Part shown: in pieces, positions 1 to 9,715 of the stretch
Position numbering within the stretch: position 1 is the stretch's first letter
How the letters are laid out: each line of letters starts with the position of its first letter
Virus record (IMG/VR): IMGVR_UViG_3300027985_000918
Coordinates: 124,001 to 188,000 of that record
DNA: 64,000 nucleotides
Reading direction: 5' to 3' (one strand)
Made by a program: the position numbers and the translations under genes
Notes under the pieces: generated by a model
Database searches by the model: none
What the model saw: only the letters and a program-made list of their open reading frames with translations
What the model was told of the DNA's origin: nothing

Positions 1-375
1 CGGGTCCTTGTAGTCGTCCGGCGTCAGCAGTCGGCCGTAGTGGCGGACCTGACGGAGGCTCGCCAGGAACTGGACCTGGCCGAGATCGGCATTCAGCCAG
101 ATGACCCGGATGGGCAGGCCCAGTTCCTTGGCGATGGCGACCGCAGCCATCCTCGACTCCTTCGTGCCGAATGTGTTGTCGAGGACAAACTTGCGGTGTC
201 CTTCCCCGTACTTCTCCCGTAGGGATTGGTAGATGGGGGCTCCGGCCATGCCCAGAGAACCACCGAGGCTGTCTCGGTTGAGACGGCAGTAGCCCTGCTC
301 CACCAGGGACTTGCTGTAGGTGGTCTTCCCGCAGGCGGGAGGGCCCATAACGAGAACGATCTCACCATTGAACAT
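1..375 (-). CDS. Polynucleotide kinase-like P-loop kinase (AAA_33/PNKP kinase domain), runs off window start; absent from ORF track
   Basis: Hand translation MFNGEIVLVMGPPACGKTTYSKSLVEQGYCRLNRDSLGG...FVLDNTFGT: Walker A plus NRD and DNT motifs of PNKP-type kinases; GAGGGAG RBS; no stop before position 1. Confidence 0.8.
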   Translation of the reverse strand, partial: MFNGEIVLVMGPPACGKTTYSKSLVEQGYCRLNRDSLGGSLGMAGAPIYQSLREKYGEGHRKFVLDNTFGTKESRMAAVAIAKELGLPIRVIWLNADLGQVQFLASLRQVRHYGRLLTPDDYKDP

Positions 376-386
376 GATGCACTCCC

Positions 387-1031
387 TCAGTTCAGGATTT
401 TGGGGAAAGTGATCTCCCCGGGCAAGTGGTCCCCCGTGAGCAGGTTCTTCGGGGGTAGGGGGTCGATGACAAACATGTCCGGGAACTGGCTGGCCAGGGA
501 TGTTACCAGCTCTTGAACATCGGGAAGATCGAGGACCCCCACAAGGTCCTCATGGCCCTCTGTGAGGGCCACAACGGCATGGAGCGTCTCTGTCTGGGGA
601 TCCCATTCCAGGGGGACACTCAAGTGTTCCCCCATATGGATGCAGACGGACAACCCTTCCTCCATGAAATTAGATGTGGTGAGGTAGCTGACCTTGGTCA
701 CGGAAGGCCACTCTTCGAGGGCCCTCAGGAACGGGGTTTGCTTGCATTCCCGTTCGAGGACACCGGCCATCTCGTTCAGCTCCCCCAACATCTTCCGTAG
801 ACTCAGCAGAACGGGCAACGTTCCGTCGGTGGCCGGGCGAATCAGCTCCGCCTCCAGCAGGTAACGTGCCATCTTCCCGATGGCGTACAGCGTCTCCGCC
901 CGGCTCACTGGTCGTAGGGAGGCGACGTCCAAGTTACCGATGGCCGTCCCGGTTTCTTTGACCTGGGAGAGAAGCCCGAGAGCCATCAAGCCCTCAGGGT
1001 TTTTGGGGGTGTAGCTAGGCTTATCGCTCAC
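387..1031 (-). CDS. Hypothetical protein
   Basis: Open frame; GTG start at 1031 follows GGAGG and a promoter motif at 1058-1083. Confidence 0.6.
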   Translation of the reverse strand: MSDKPSYTPKNPEGLMALGLLSQVKETGTAIGNLDVASLRPVSRAETLYAIGKMARYLLEAELIRPATDGTLPVLLSLRKMLGELNEMAGVLERECKQTPFLRALEEWPSVTKVSYLTTSNFMEEGLSVCIHMGEHLSVPLEWDPQTETLHAVVALTEGHEDLVGVLDLPDVQELVTSLASQFPDMFVIDPLPPKNLLTGDHLPGEITFPKILN

Positions 1032-1057
1032 GGGGCCTCCTTGTTTGCTCCGTCCCT

Positions 1058-1083
1058 GTACCCGAAACTGGTGCTTCGTTACC
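1058..1083 (-). promoter_or_regulatory. Phage promoter motif (variant)
   Basis: GGTAAC-N14-GGGTAC. Confidence 0.55.
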
Positions 1084-1151
1084 AGCCACTCTACTCGCTC
1101 AAGCTCCAGTCCTAGCCTTCCACCAGTTCTCAAGATTTGGGTTGTAGGGCT

Positions 1152-1847
1152 TCATGGCTTGGGCTCCCCCAGCGGGATGACATGTTTCCAGCTCCGCTGA
1201 GTCTTCATGGCTTCCCGAGCCATCCGGTCCGCCTGAGTGTTCAGGAACGCCGGGGTATCCTCAGCCCCTCGATGTCCCTTGACCCACTGCACAATCAGCT
1301 TCAACTCAGCGTCTTCCACCAACTGGTAGCTCCGGTGCAGAAGGTCAAGGACCTGGATCTTCTTGGGGAGCTTGGATGCTCCCCCATTCCACCCATACAG
1401 CCTTGCCACATGTTGACTGTCTGTCTTCAGGACCAGGATGTTCGCTTTGCCCGTGTCGAAATTCGACACTGCTGTCCAAATGGCGGCAAACACGGCGGTC
1501 AGCTCAGCGTCGTTCGAGGATTTGACCCAAGGGGGGCACGGACCACACCGTAAGATTCGGGTGTTGCTGTCCCGTAGCCAGATTCCCCACCCCGCCCGGT
1601 GGGTGTCCGAATGCAGGCTGGCATCCGAATAGCCCGAGATAAAGACAGCACGATCCGGGTTGCGCTGTCGGTTGACCAGTTGGAGACGACGAACGTCTTC
1701 TGACGTGGGTTTCACAACACCCCTCCAGGTTGGGGGGTCGTTCGGCTCAGGCAAAGTGCGGAAAGTCTGGACTGTAGGAAGACCCCCCACTTCTTGTGGG
1801 TCCAAATCCTCCAGGATGTCTCCCCACATGTCTGTCACGATTTCCAA
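1152..1847 (-). CDS. rnhA: Ribonuclease HI-like protein
   Basis: YSDAS, NDAELTAV, KTDSQ, QWVKGH, NTQADRMA motifs (D-E-D-D plus His). Confidence 0.85.
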   Translation of the reverse strand: MEIVTDMWGDILEDLDPQEVGGLPTVQTFRTLPEPNDPPTWRGVVKPTSEDVRRLQLVNRQRNPDRAVFISGYSDASLHSDTHRAGWGIWLRDSNTRILRCGPCPPWVKSSNDAELTAVFAAIWTAVSNFDTGKANILVLKTDSQHVARLYGWNGGASKLPKKIQVLDLLHRSYQLVEDAELKLIVQWVKGHRGAEDTPAFLNTQADRMAREAMKTQRSWKHVIPLGEPKP

Positions 1848-1940
1848 GTCCTCCAGCCGGGCGTTGCTGGTGAGGCAACTCTCAGGCCCTTCTGGTTCGC
1901 TGAGGGGTCCGGTACAAGGGGTTTTTTGGCAGGCTGGCTA

Positions 1941-2327
1941 TCAGTACCCGAGATCGGCGATGATGCTGTTCATGTCGAGTCCGTACTTCTGACAGACAGC
2001 CTCGAACCGGGCTTCCGTTTCGGGACTCTCGAACAGCGCCACCATGTTGCGGAACATCTTGGTGGCCCTCTCGACAGCCTTGGGATCTACGTAGACCCGA
2101 GTGTTGCCGCAGAGGTAGGGTTCCTGGCCCTTGACCACCTCGGGATTGGGGACTTCGGCCACCAGATAGGCTCCGGGCAGCCCGTTTTGGGTTACGCTGA
2201 CCACCAGGAAGGGGCGTTCCTCCATGATGATCACGTCGCCGGGGAAGATGGCGTCCGTGTCCAGGAACTCTCGCATGGCATCGGGGCTGCCGAAGACCTG
2301 CAGCATCTTGGTGAAATCGACCGACAT
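1941..2327 (-). CDS. Hypothetical protein
   Basis: GGAGG RBS, promoter motif at 2366-2391. Confidence 0.7.
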   Translation of the reverse strand: MSVDFTKMLQVFGSPDAMREFLDTDAIFPGDVIIMEERPFLVVSVTQNGLPGAYLVAEVPNPEVVKGQEPYLCGNTRVYVDPKAVERATKMFRNMVALFESPETEARFEAVCQKYGLDMNSIIADLGY

Positions 2328-2365
2328 GGGACCTCCGTTTTGGTGCGCTCAAGGTTTCGTAACGC

Positions 2366-2391
2366 CTACCCGAAAAGGGGTAGGCGTTACC
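2366..2391 (-). promoter_or_regulatory. Phage promoter motif within a 13-bp inverted repeat
   Basis: GGTAAC-N14-GGGTAG. Confidence 0.75.
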
Positions 2392-2395
2392 TGGT

Positions 2396-2503
2396 TTAGT
2401 TGCTGTCGGGGAAGAACTCCTCGATGAGAGTGTCCGCTTCGTACTCCAGCGAGAACACGGTCAGAGTGATCCCGTCTGGGGTGGTGTACTGCCCAAGGCT
2501 CAT
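2396..2503 (-). CDS. Small hypothetical protein (35 aa)
   Basis: ATG overlaps the upstream TGA (ATGA coupling). Confidence 0.35.
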   Translation of the reverse strand: MSLGQYTTPDGITLTVFSLEYEADTLIEEFFPDSN

Positions 2504-2835
2504 CGGACCCCCCGAAGGTACTGTTGGATGTCCGTGCGGAAGCACGGGCCTCGGCTGGGCCCCACGGGGATCCCGTCCTTGACCTTGGCCTTCCGCAGAG
2601 CCACCTGGGGATGGATCTCGATGCGGGGGGAGAACCCCGGAACGGTCTGTCCATCCACCCGTTCGTCCGTGACGAACCGGGGACTGAACCGCCTGGTCCA
2701 GAAGGCACGCCACAGGGAGGTCAGGTTCTCCAGAGTCCCCTCGATGTTGAGGGCTCCGTTGGGGAACACGACCGGCTTGCAGCCATGCTTGTGGGACATG
2801 CGGATGATCTCGCTTCCGGTGATCTGGTTGTTCAT
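2500..2835 (-). CDS. Hypothetical protein
   Basis: MNNQ start after GGGAG; promoter motif at 2898-2923. Confidence 0.55.
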   Translation of the reverse strand: MNNQITGSEIIRMSHKHGCKPVVFPNGALNIEGTLENLTSLWRAFWTRRFSPRFVTDERVDGQTVPGFSPRIEIHPQVALRKAKVKDGIPVGPSRGPCFRTDIQQYLRGVR

Positions 2836-2897
2836 AGCCCCAAGCTCCCTTGATCCTAAAGAGGATGTACTGAAGGGCACCCTCTAAGTTGCCCCAC

Positions 2898-2923
2898 CTA
2901 CTTGCTTCATCTCCGGTGTTACC
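2898..2923 (-). promoter_or_regulatory. Phage promoter motif
   Basis: GGTAAC-N14-AAGTAG. Confidence 0.75.
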
Positions 2924-3018
2924 TGAAATCGGCGGCTGCGGCTCCCAGAAGGCCGCTACGTCACCCCAGCCTCTCTACACTGGGAAAACAAATACGGTCA
3001 GCACTGGCCTTTTTAGGT

Positions 3019-3894
3019 CTAATCAGGGGCAGTAAGGCCGGGGAGAACCCGGAAGTTTTGGGGCCCTACACGGGACTTGGTCACGGAGAAGGGCAATCCT
3101 TCCCCGTGAGACTCGAACACCTTGGCTATGGTTTGGGTGACCCTTTGCGGAACCTCTACGGCAGTCTCAGGAACCTCGAATGTCCAGAGGATTCGGGTGT
3201 TCATCGACTCCGCCAGGAGTTGTGGCTGGCGGTTCAGCCCAGGAACCTGAATATCCACCACTACCAGATCTGAAAAGTTTGCCTGGGAGATGAATTCCAG
3301 GCTCTCCTCCCGGTGCTGGAAGACCTGGCTAGAAGGGAACTCAAATCCCCAACGGCTCCGGAAGGTTTCAAGGGCCTGGCTCCGGTGTGGGACATGTAGG
3401 ATAACCCTGGCTCCGCCCAATGCGAAATCCCGGGCCATACGGAAAGCCAGGAGTGTCTTGCCGGATCTCCGCTTACCAGCGATCAGGGCGGCCTGCCCCC
3501 TCCCCCAGTCGAGCTTAGACAAGTCCGTAGTCATGTCCAAGGGCATGGTCCCAGGGTGGTAGCAGATGCCCTCTCCTGAGAGAGGCCCCTCCGTTGTAAG
3601 AGGGGTTGGGAGTTGTGCTAGCCCCGCAAAGACCCGGTACGCTTCCCAAAGCCAGTCCCGAAGTTCGGGGATGCTGGGGCACTCCAAGTGCAAGTCGATG
3701 CCAAAAACAACCCCTCTGGGACTACGGTGGTCCCCCTCCAGCAGATCCACCTCCCACTCCCCCCGTTTCTTCAGGGTCAGGGTGTATTTGCGGTTCAAAG
3801 TCTTGTAGTAGGTTCTCTCAGCGGGATCCTCGTGCCAGGCTCCCTCCGGGAAGATCTCATCTACCCAGAATCGAAGTGTCTTCAGTCCCATCAC
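3019..3894 (-). CDS. Protein with C-terminal degenerate RecA/KaiC-like P-loop domain
   Basis: LIAGKRRSGKTLLAFRMA Walker A; VVVD Walker B-like. Confidence 0.5.
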   Translation of the reverse strand: MMGLKTLRFWVDEIFPEGAWHEDPAERTYYKTLNRKYTLTLKKRGEWEVDLLEGDHRSPRGVVFGIDLHLECPSIPELRDWLWEAYRVFAGLAQLPTPLTTEGPLSGEGICYHPGTMPLDMTTDLSKLDWGRGQAALIAGKRRSGKTLLAFRMARDFALGGARVILHVPHRSQALETFRSRWGFEFPSSQVFQHREESLEFISQANFSDLVVVDIQVPGLNRQPQLLAESMNTRILWTFEVPETAVEVPQRVTQTIAKVFESHGEGLPFSVTKSRVGPQNFRVLPGLTAPD

Positions 3895-4370
3895 CCCTCA
3901 CTGTCGAAGCGGCCCTCCCGCTCCTTGATGTGCTTGGGGCACAGGACAGCCACGTACCCCTGGAGGGTGACTTTCTCACCTGGCGCAGCACACTGTTCGC
4001 AGGTGCGGCTGGCTTCGAGAACCCCAGCGGACACAATGTCCTGGGCAATCTCGGGGAAATGACCACCAGGGTCAGGGTTATCCTGGATCCTCCCCATGCA
4101 GACCCCGTTGATGTACAGGAGGGTACCCCCCTCCCCTCCAGGTTCGGGGAAGTCGAGGTAGATGGTCAGGCGGCCGAATTTCTGTTTGATTTGGGCCACT
4201 ATGACATCTCGGCCATAAGCTCCAGACAAGCTGTCCAGCCGGGCCAAGATCCTCTCGACGATGGCGTTCCAACCAGGAGAAATCTCGATGCTACGACCTG
4301 AGGGGTAGCCGGAGAACAGCTTGGGGTATTCCTCCCGCAAACCGCACTCCCAAGCGAGTTGTTTGCTCAT
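3891..4370 (-). CDS. Conserved phage protein (QIKQKFGxL motif, C-terminal CxxC...C zinc site)
   Basis: PGWNAIV...QIKQKFGRLTIY...TCEQCAAPG...LCPKH, a pattern common in phage hypotheticals. Confidence 0.65.
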   Translation of the reverse strand: MSKQLAWECGLREEYPKLFSGYPSGRSIEISPGWNAIVERILARLDSLSGAYGRDVIVAQIKQKFGRLTIYLDFPEPGGEGGTLLYINGVCMGRIQDNPDPGGHFPEIAQDIVSAGVLEASRTCEQCAAPGEKVTLQGYVAVLCPKHIKEREGRFDSEG

Positions 4371-4411
4371 GGGGTCTCCAGGGGCCCTTAGGGGTTTCCG
4401 AAGTAAGAGCC

Positions 4412-5047
4412 TCAGGGGAGAAGGTGGAAGCCGAGCATATCCCATTTGGCCTGCTCGATGTACTGCACTTCTCCATTGGCCTGGAGGGTGATCCAGCCGC
4501 CGACGGGTACGTCGATTTCGGTTTCCACGTTCATTCCATCGATCGTCTGGTGAACGGTGCTAACTCGGTTGTTACCGGAGTCTACGTCCTCTTGAGTGAC
4601 CTGGTAGGCCTGCTGGGTGGTGTACTTTCGACGAACCCCTCGGAGGGCCATCACGATGGTTTTCTGTTGGAGGGGCGTCAGGTCATTGGCACTGACAAGA
4701 ACGTCGAGGGCGTCGTGGATAGAGTCCTCGGTTAGGGCTTGCCCGTAAGCTAGGGGTTGGTCTCCCCCGCCGGACTCGCATCCGTATACGTTGCCGGTGA
4801 GGTCCGTCATGGTGAAGTGACGAGTGCGGAGTACCTGGACGCCGTCGAATCCAGCCTCTACCAGAGCAGCCTTGACACCGTTGGCGGGGGCTTCCGGCAG
4901 GGGCACCCCGGTTTGGTACCCGGTGCCCTTGCTCCACCCACCCTTGACGTACAGGATAGGGTCAGAGGAGAGGTGGCCAATGGCTAGGGCCTCCTTCTGG
5001 TAGGTACCGGCTCGATCGAGAGGGAAATTGGCAGCAGTGATTTCCAT
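4412..5047 (-). CDS. Hypothetical protein
   Basis: Open frame in operon context. Confidence 0.6.
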   Translation of the reverse strand: MEITAANFPLDRAGTYQKEALAIGHLSSDPILYVKGGWSKGTGYQTGVPLPEAPANGVKAALVEAGFDGVQVLRTRHFTMTDLTGNVYGCESGGGDQPLAYGQALTEDSIHDALDVLVSANDLTPLQQKTIVMALRGVRRKYTTQQAYQVTQEDVDSGNNRVSTVHQTIDGMNVETEIDVPVGGWITLQANGEVQYIEQAKWDMLGFHLLP

Positions 5048-5052
5048 ACGGA

Positions 5053-6198
5053 TTACCCTTCCTGGCGGGCGACGGCCCACGAGAGCTGGGGGGTGATAGC
5101 CTGTTCCTCCACCTCGATGGCGGTGATTCCTCCGATGAAGGACATCGGGATCTCGGTGTCCAGGTACTCCCAGACGAAGGGTACGACGGATATGTGGGTC
5201 TGCTCAGAACCGGACTTCACATCGAAGCGGCTCGGTTTGTTCTGGTCGAACAGGGGGAACTTCCTACGAAGCACAGCCCGGAGACTCGGCTCACGGACCT
5301 GGATGCGGTCGAAGCTGTAGGTGCTGTTGGGGTCCCTCTCCATGCCGTCGTCTACCTCCATCACGTAGCCGACGAATGTGGCGGCCCATCCGCTGTAGGA
5401 ATCTCCACCCGATCCTCTGTAGTGCTTGTAGATCTGACTCCAGAAGGCCAGATCCGGCTGGGCTCCATTGTAGATGGCCTCAGCCTCCGTGGCGATCTTG
5501 GTGAGGACCGGCAGCAGAGCCGTGAAATAGTCCCCCAGGTGCTCGGGGAACACCTGGGAAAGCTGTTCAGCGGAGTTGACGACCTTGCGGTAGTCCTCTG
5601 GCTCTCCGAACAGCACGATGCGTGGGATGCCGCAGAGAGTCCTTACCCGGTAGTCATAGAAGGGTCTGGCAGCGTCCATGAACGTCACCAGGCTGGACAC
5701 CAGGGTCTCGTCGGTGTGGGTGCTCAGAGATGGCAGCATCCACTTCAGGATGCCGGACGGCACCCGAATCTGCAGCTCAGGCAGGAACAGGGCGATTGCT
5801 TCATTCCAGGGGGAATCCGGATTGCCGGGCCGCAACCCGTCGTGGAGGACCCGGATGACCTCCTTGCCGTGGGCGTTCGTGGTGAACAGCTCCCGGTATG
5901 CGTCCGGGTTCTGGTTGACGCATTCAGCCACCGTGGCGTTGACCAGAAACATCAACACCTCGGGGCGGATGCCGAAGGCGTGATGATCGGCGTAGGCCCG
6001 ATGCAGGGCCTGGAAGAACAGGCTGTGGGGTTTGACGTACTCGTTGACATTCAGAAGGTCACTTCGTGCAGCGGCCTCCAGGCGGAGATCCGGAAGGGCA
6101 GCCCGAAGCTGAGACTTGAGGTTCCTTCTCCTGGAAGGGACGGGAACCTCGGCGACATCCCCCGTGGAGATGTTGGCGACGATGAAAGATGAGGCCAT
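5053..6198 (-). CDS. DUF4419-like protein
   Basis: FFQALHRAYADHHAFGIRPE, GIPRIVLFGEPEDY, FWSQIYK, GSGG..YSGW, VPFVW. Confidence 0.65.
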   Translation of the reverse strand: MASSFIVANISTGDVAEVPVPSRRRNLKSQLRAALPDLRLEAAARSDLLNVNEYVKPHSLFFQALHRAYADHHAFGIRPEVLMFLVNATVAECVNQNPDAYRELFTTNAHGKEVIRVLHDGLRPGNPDSPWNEAIALFLPELQIRVPSGILKWMLPSLSTHTDETLVSSLVTFMDAARPFYDYRVRTLCGIPRIVLFGEPEDYRKVVNSAEQLSQVFPEHLGDYFTALLPVLTKIATEAEAIYNGAQPDLAFWSQIYKHYRGSGGDSYSGWAATFVGYVMEVDDGMERDPNSTYSFDRIQVREPSLRAVLRRKFPLFDQNKPSRFDVKSGSEQTHISVVPFVWEYLDTEIPMSFIGGITAIEVEEQAITPQLSWAVARQEG

Positions 6199-6226
6199 GA
6201 CAGGCTCCTTCTGCCCTCGGGGCAGT

Positions 6227-7309
6227 TCACGCATTCTCTTGGGAGAGCTTGACGGCGGCGTACACGTCCGCCAAGGCCACGTCCTGCTCCCAGCCCGGAT
6301 CCCCCACACCACCCTTGGAGTGGTACAAGCTGACGGCCTGGTCACGAGTCAACTTGCCGATCTCGATACGGCGGGACAACCGTCCGGGACGTCGCATGGC
6401 TTCGTCGATCCGATCCAGCGGCTGGTTGGTCGAGCAGATCAGACGGATGTTCAGGGCCTCGCCCAGAAGCCCGTCCCCGATGTTCAAGGCCGAGGTGATC
6501 GAGGTCATCGAGACGGCCATCCGATCAGAGAGCATCTGGTCAGCATCCTCCAGAACCAGGATCATTGGCTCGTCGTCCTTGTTGGCCAAGAGCACGGGCA
6601 GCAGCTCGGGCTTGCCCATCTCTCCCACCATGTCCGGGGGGACCACCACGAACTGGCATTCCGGATTGTGGTGGATCAGCGCCCGAATCAGCCAGGTCTT
6701 CCCCGTCCCCGGAGGGCCATCCAGGATCGTGATGCGTCCGAAGGGGTCATCCCGGTTCAGCTCCTTGCAGACGAACTTGAAGGACTCGACCACTTCGGGA
6801 GTGTAGTTCTCCTCCACCAAGGGGGCGTCCACCCAAGCCAGCTTGCGGATCACGTATCCGTTGAACCCCCGCATGATGGCATGGATGTCGTTGCCAGGAT
6901 TTTCCTGGAATTCCTCGAACCGCACATGCTCTTCCTGCCATTCCGTCAGGATCCTGTCATTGTCCGGGTTCATCGTCAGGTACGAGACGGTGATCGGTTT
7001 GTCGTCGGCGCCGCCGCTGACCTGGAGAAACCCATCGGCCCACACCCAGACCTCATCGAAGTCCTTCTCGGAGTTGTCAATGACCGCATGCCCCCCGAAC
7101 GAGGCCAGGATGTCACGGAAGGCGTTCATCCCTTTGGGGACCTCCTGCATCCAGGTCCGGCCTCTCCCGGACCAGTACCTCTGCCGAATGGTCCTCCCGT
7201 GCTCCAGGGCATAAGCCATCAAGGCTCCCCGGAACAGGTCCGAATCCAGATCGATGGCCAGCCCAATGGCGGAGGGTGCAAGGTGATGAATCCAGGGGTA
7301 GGTCGGCAT
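6227..7309 (-). CDS. AAA+ ATPase
   Basis: GPPGTGKT, LVLEDAD, STNQ sensor 1, DEAMRRPGR arginine finger. Confidence 0.9.
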   Translation of the reverse strand: MPTYPWIHHLAPSAIGLAIDLDSDLFRGALMAYALEHGRTIRQRYWSGRGRTWMQEVPKGMNAFRDILASFGGHAVIDNSEKDFDEVWVWADGFLQVSGGADDKPITVSYLTMNPDNDRILTEWQEEHVRFEEFQENPGNDIHAIMRGFNGYVIRKLAWVDAPLVEENYTPEVVESFKFVCKELNRDDPFGRITILDGPPGTGKTWLIRALIHHNPECQFVVVPPDMVGEMGKPELLPVLLANKDDEPMILVLEDADQMLSDRMAVSMTSITSALNIGDGLLGEALNIRLICSTNQPLDRIDEAMRRPGRLSRRIEIGKLTRDQAVSLYHSKGGVGDPGWEQDVALADVYAAVKLSQENA

Positions 7310-7337
7310 GTCACTCCTCAGTTTGGTTTCGGAAAGA

Positions 7338-7363
7338 CTACTCGAAAAGGGGATGGGGTTACC
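7338..7363 (-). promoter_or_regulatory. Phage promoter motif
   Basis: GGTAAC-N14-GAGTAG. Confidence 0.75.
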
Positions 7364-7373
7364 CTCCTCCCCC

Positions 7374-9425
7374 TTAGTTGGGCATGGGTTGTCCAAGAAC
7401 CTGGGTCCAGAAGTCGGAGAGGCCGATAACGGTGATGCTAGCCTTGCCCTCGGCGTTGAGCTGGCGGGCCTTGGTCGGCTTTCCCGATGTGGATGTGGGA
7501 TCGTCGCACACCAGGTAGTCGAGGCCCTTACCCACGCTGGACTTGAAGGTCCCTCCGAGCTGAGTCACGGCGTCCACCAGGTCCTTCTCCCGCTGCCCCC
7601 GGAACCCCGTAACGCAGAGGGTCTTGCCGGTGAGGGGGCCGACGATCTTCTTCTGGATGGTGACACCGTTGCCAAGGATCTTGGCGATCAGAGGCATCCG
7701 ATCCCAGAACCCCTGATAGAAGCTGGCGGCCTTCGTAGAGCCCACCCCCGGAATGGCGGCTACCTCTTGGGGGGTCATTTTCGCCATCTTGGAGAGGCTG
7801 TCGAAGCCCCCATCCACGATGGTCAGCGCCATGCTCCGGCCGATCAGGGGGATTCCGAGAGAGCCCACGAAGACGTCGAGAGGAAGGTTCTTGGTGGCGT
7901 GCAGGTTCTTGAATGCCTTGCCAGCCGTTCCACCCACCCTCACCCCGTTGGTGTACCGCAGGTCGGCAGCCTCGGCCGGGTCTACCTTGTACAGATCTGC
8001 GATGTCCTCCACCAGACCGGCGGAGATCAGGGCTTCGACCAGGGTGTCACCGAAGTGTAGGACCCCAATCTTCTTGATCCAGCGGGTGATCATGCCCTTG
8101 ATCTGAGCGGGGCAAGCGTCCCCGTTGCAGACTAGGTACTCACCATCCATGACCGTGGGGGACCCGCACTCAGGGCAGGTCTCGGGGGGCTCGAACACCT
8201 TGGCGTTGGGGTCCTGGGTATCCAGGAGGACCGTCTCGACAAAGGGGATCACGTCATTGCGCCGGCATACCAGAAGCCTATCCCCTGCAGCCAGGACCGA
8301 CTGACCCACAGCAGAGGCTAGGTCGTGGATGTTGCTGAGGTTGTGGAGGCTGGCCCGGCTCACAGTGGCCCCCGCTAGAAGAACCGGCTCGACGATGGCG
8401 ACAGGGGTAATCCGACCGGACTTACCGACCTGCCAGACGACCTCCTTGAGGGTAGTCTCCTTCTCCTCATGAGGGAACTTGAATGCGACGGCGCCCTTGG
8501 GGCCACGACCCTGGAGCCCCAGAGACTCCATCGTGGTGTCGTCGTCGAACTGGATGACGATGCCGTCGATGTCGTAGTCCAGCTTGGCCCGGAGGGTGTC
8601 TACGTAGAGTTGGTAGATGCTCTCGACTTCCGCCGTGGTCTTGACGACCTCATAGCGGGGGAGGATGAAGCCGGCCTTTTTGAGGGCGGCGAACTCGGCG
8701 CTTTTGCTCGGGAGGGGGCCGGAATCGGGAACCATCTGGAACATGACCACGGTCAGGTGCTTGCAGCCGTCGGCATCCGATTGGCGCTTCATTGTCCCAT
8801 TGGCCGTGTTCCGGGGATTGGACTGCCCAGGGAAGTACACATCGAAGTCATCGTGGGTGCAGATAACCTCGCCCCGGCAGAACCCCGTGAAGCTGGGAAA
8901 CACCTTGACCACGCCCTGCATGAGCTTGGCGTTGACAGTGATGTCCTCACCCGTCTCTCCATCCCCACGGGTGACCGCCTGGACGAACTGTCCGTTTTCA
9001 TAGCGGAAAGAGCAAGATGCTCCGTCCAGCTTGTCCATGACGATCAGGGGCTGGCCCCCTCGGTGTCCGCAGTCCTTCGCCCAACGGCGGAATTCTGGGA
9101 CTTCCTGGGCCTTGTTGAGTGAGCCCATTGGGATGCCGTGCTTGGTCTTCTGCCAGCCTGAGCTGACACTGGCTCCGATCTTGTTGAGCTGGGGATGGCT
9201 GGGGCTAATACGCCTCAGACCTTCGGTCAGCCCGTCGTAGTGGGCATCCGACATGAGGGGGTTGCCCCCGCCGTAGTAGGCGGAGTCCGCCCGGGACAGC
9301 AGATCAGCGACCTGAGCAGCGACCTGAGGCAACTCAGGATGGTTGGGAGGGGCTCCCAGCACAAGAGTTTCGAGCTGGGCATAGTCCCCCTGGGAGAGCA
9401 GGCTGGAGACTTGTTGGAGCATCAT
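7374..9425 (-). CDS. ligA: NAD-dependent DNA ligase with C-terminal BRCT
   Basis: YYGGGNPLMSDAHYD, KLDG, TRGDGETGEDIT, RGE, NPRNTANG, DIDGIVI, AFKF, Cys4 zinc finger, HhH, BRCT. Confidence 0.95.
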   Translation of the reverse strand: MMLQQVSSLLSQGDYAQLETLVLGAPPNHPELPQVAAQVADLLSRADSAYYGGGNPLMSDAHYDGLTEGLRRISPSHPQLNKIGASVSSGWQKTKHGIPMGSLNKAQEVPEFRRWAKDCGHRGGQPLIVMDKLDGASCSFRYENGQFVQAVTRGDGETGEDITVNAKLMQGVVKVFPSFTGFCRGEVICTHDDFDVYFPGQSNPRNTANGTMKRQSDADGCKHLTVVMFQMVPDSGPLPSKSAEFAALKKAGFILPRYEVVKTTAEVESIYQLYVDTLRAKLDYDIDGIVIQFDDDTTMESLGLQGRGPKGAVAFKFPHEEKETTLKEVVWQVGKSGRITPVAIVEPVLLAGATVSRASLHNLSNIHDLASAVGQSVLAAGDRLLVCRRNDVIPFVETVLLDTQDPNAKVFEPPETCPECGSPTVMDGEYLVCNGDACPAQIKGMITRWIKKIGVLHFGDTLVEALISAGLVEDIADLYKVDPAEAADLRYTNGVRVGGTAGKAFKNLHATKNLPLDVFVGSLGIPLIGRSMALTIVDGGFDSLSKMAKMTPQEVAAIPGVGSTKAASFYQGFWDRMPLIAKILGNGVTIQKKIVGPLTGKTLCVTGFRGQREKDLVDAVTQLGGTFKSSVGKGLDYLVCDDPTSTSGKPTKARQLNAEGKASITVIGLSDFWTQVLGQPMPN

Positions 9426-9463
9426 GGATTTCTCCCTTATCGGAATTTGGGTACACCCCCCGA

Positions 9464-9489
9464 TTACTCGTCGGGGAGGGGGTGTTACC
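9464..9489 (-). promoter_or_regulatory. Phage promoter motif upstream of ligA
   Basis: GGTAAC-N14-GAGTAA. Confidence 0.7.
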
Positions 9490-9643
9490 GGGGGGTTTGC
9501 TCTTTCTGGGCCTGGACCAGGGTTTGTGCCGCCTCCTTGTACAGACGGGAGGCCTCTTCGAGGTTTCCGGCTGCTTCGGCCTTGGCGGCCTTCTCCATCA
9601 ACCTGGCGGCTTCAAGGTTGCCCTTCGACGTAATCTTGCCCAT
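9485..9643 (-). CDS. Small helical protein with GNLE repeat (TPR/MIT-like)
   Basis: GGAGG RBS; KGNLEAARLMEKA / AGNLEEASRLYKEA internal duplication. Confidence 0.55.
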   Translation of the reverse strand: MGKITSKGNLEAARLMEKAAKAEAAGNLEEASRLYKEAAQTLVQAQKEQTPR

Positions 9644-9715
9644 AGCACCCTCCAGGGATCCCTGTTTGGGAACAGAAGTCTCCCTACTTGAGTCCTTCGT
9701 ACCCCTTTCCACCAC

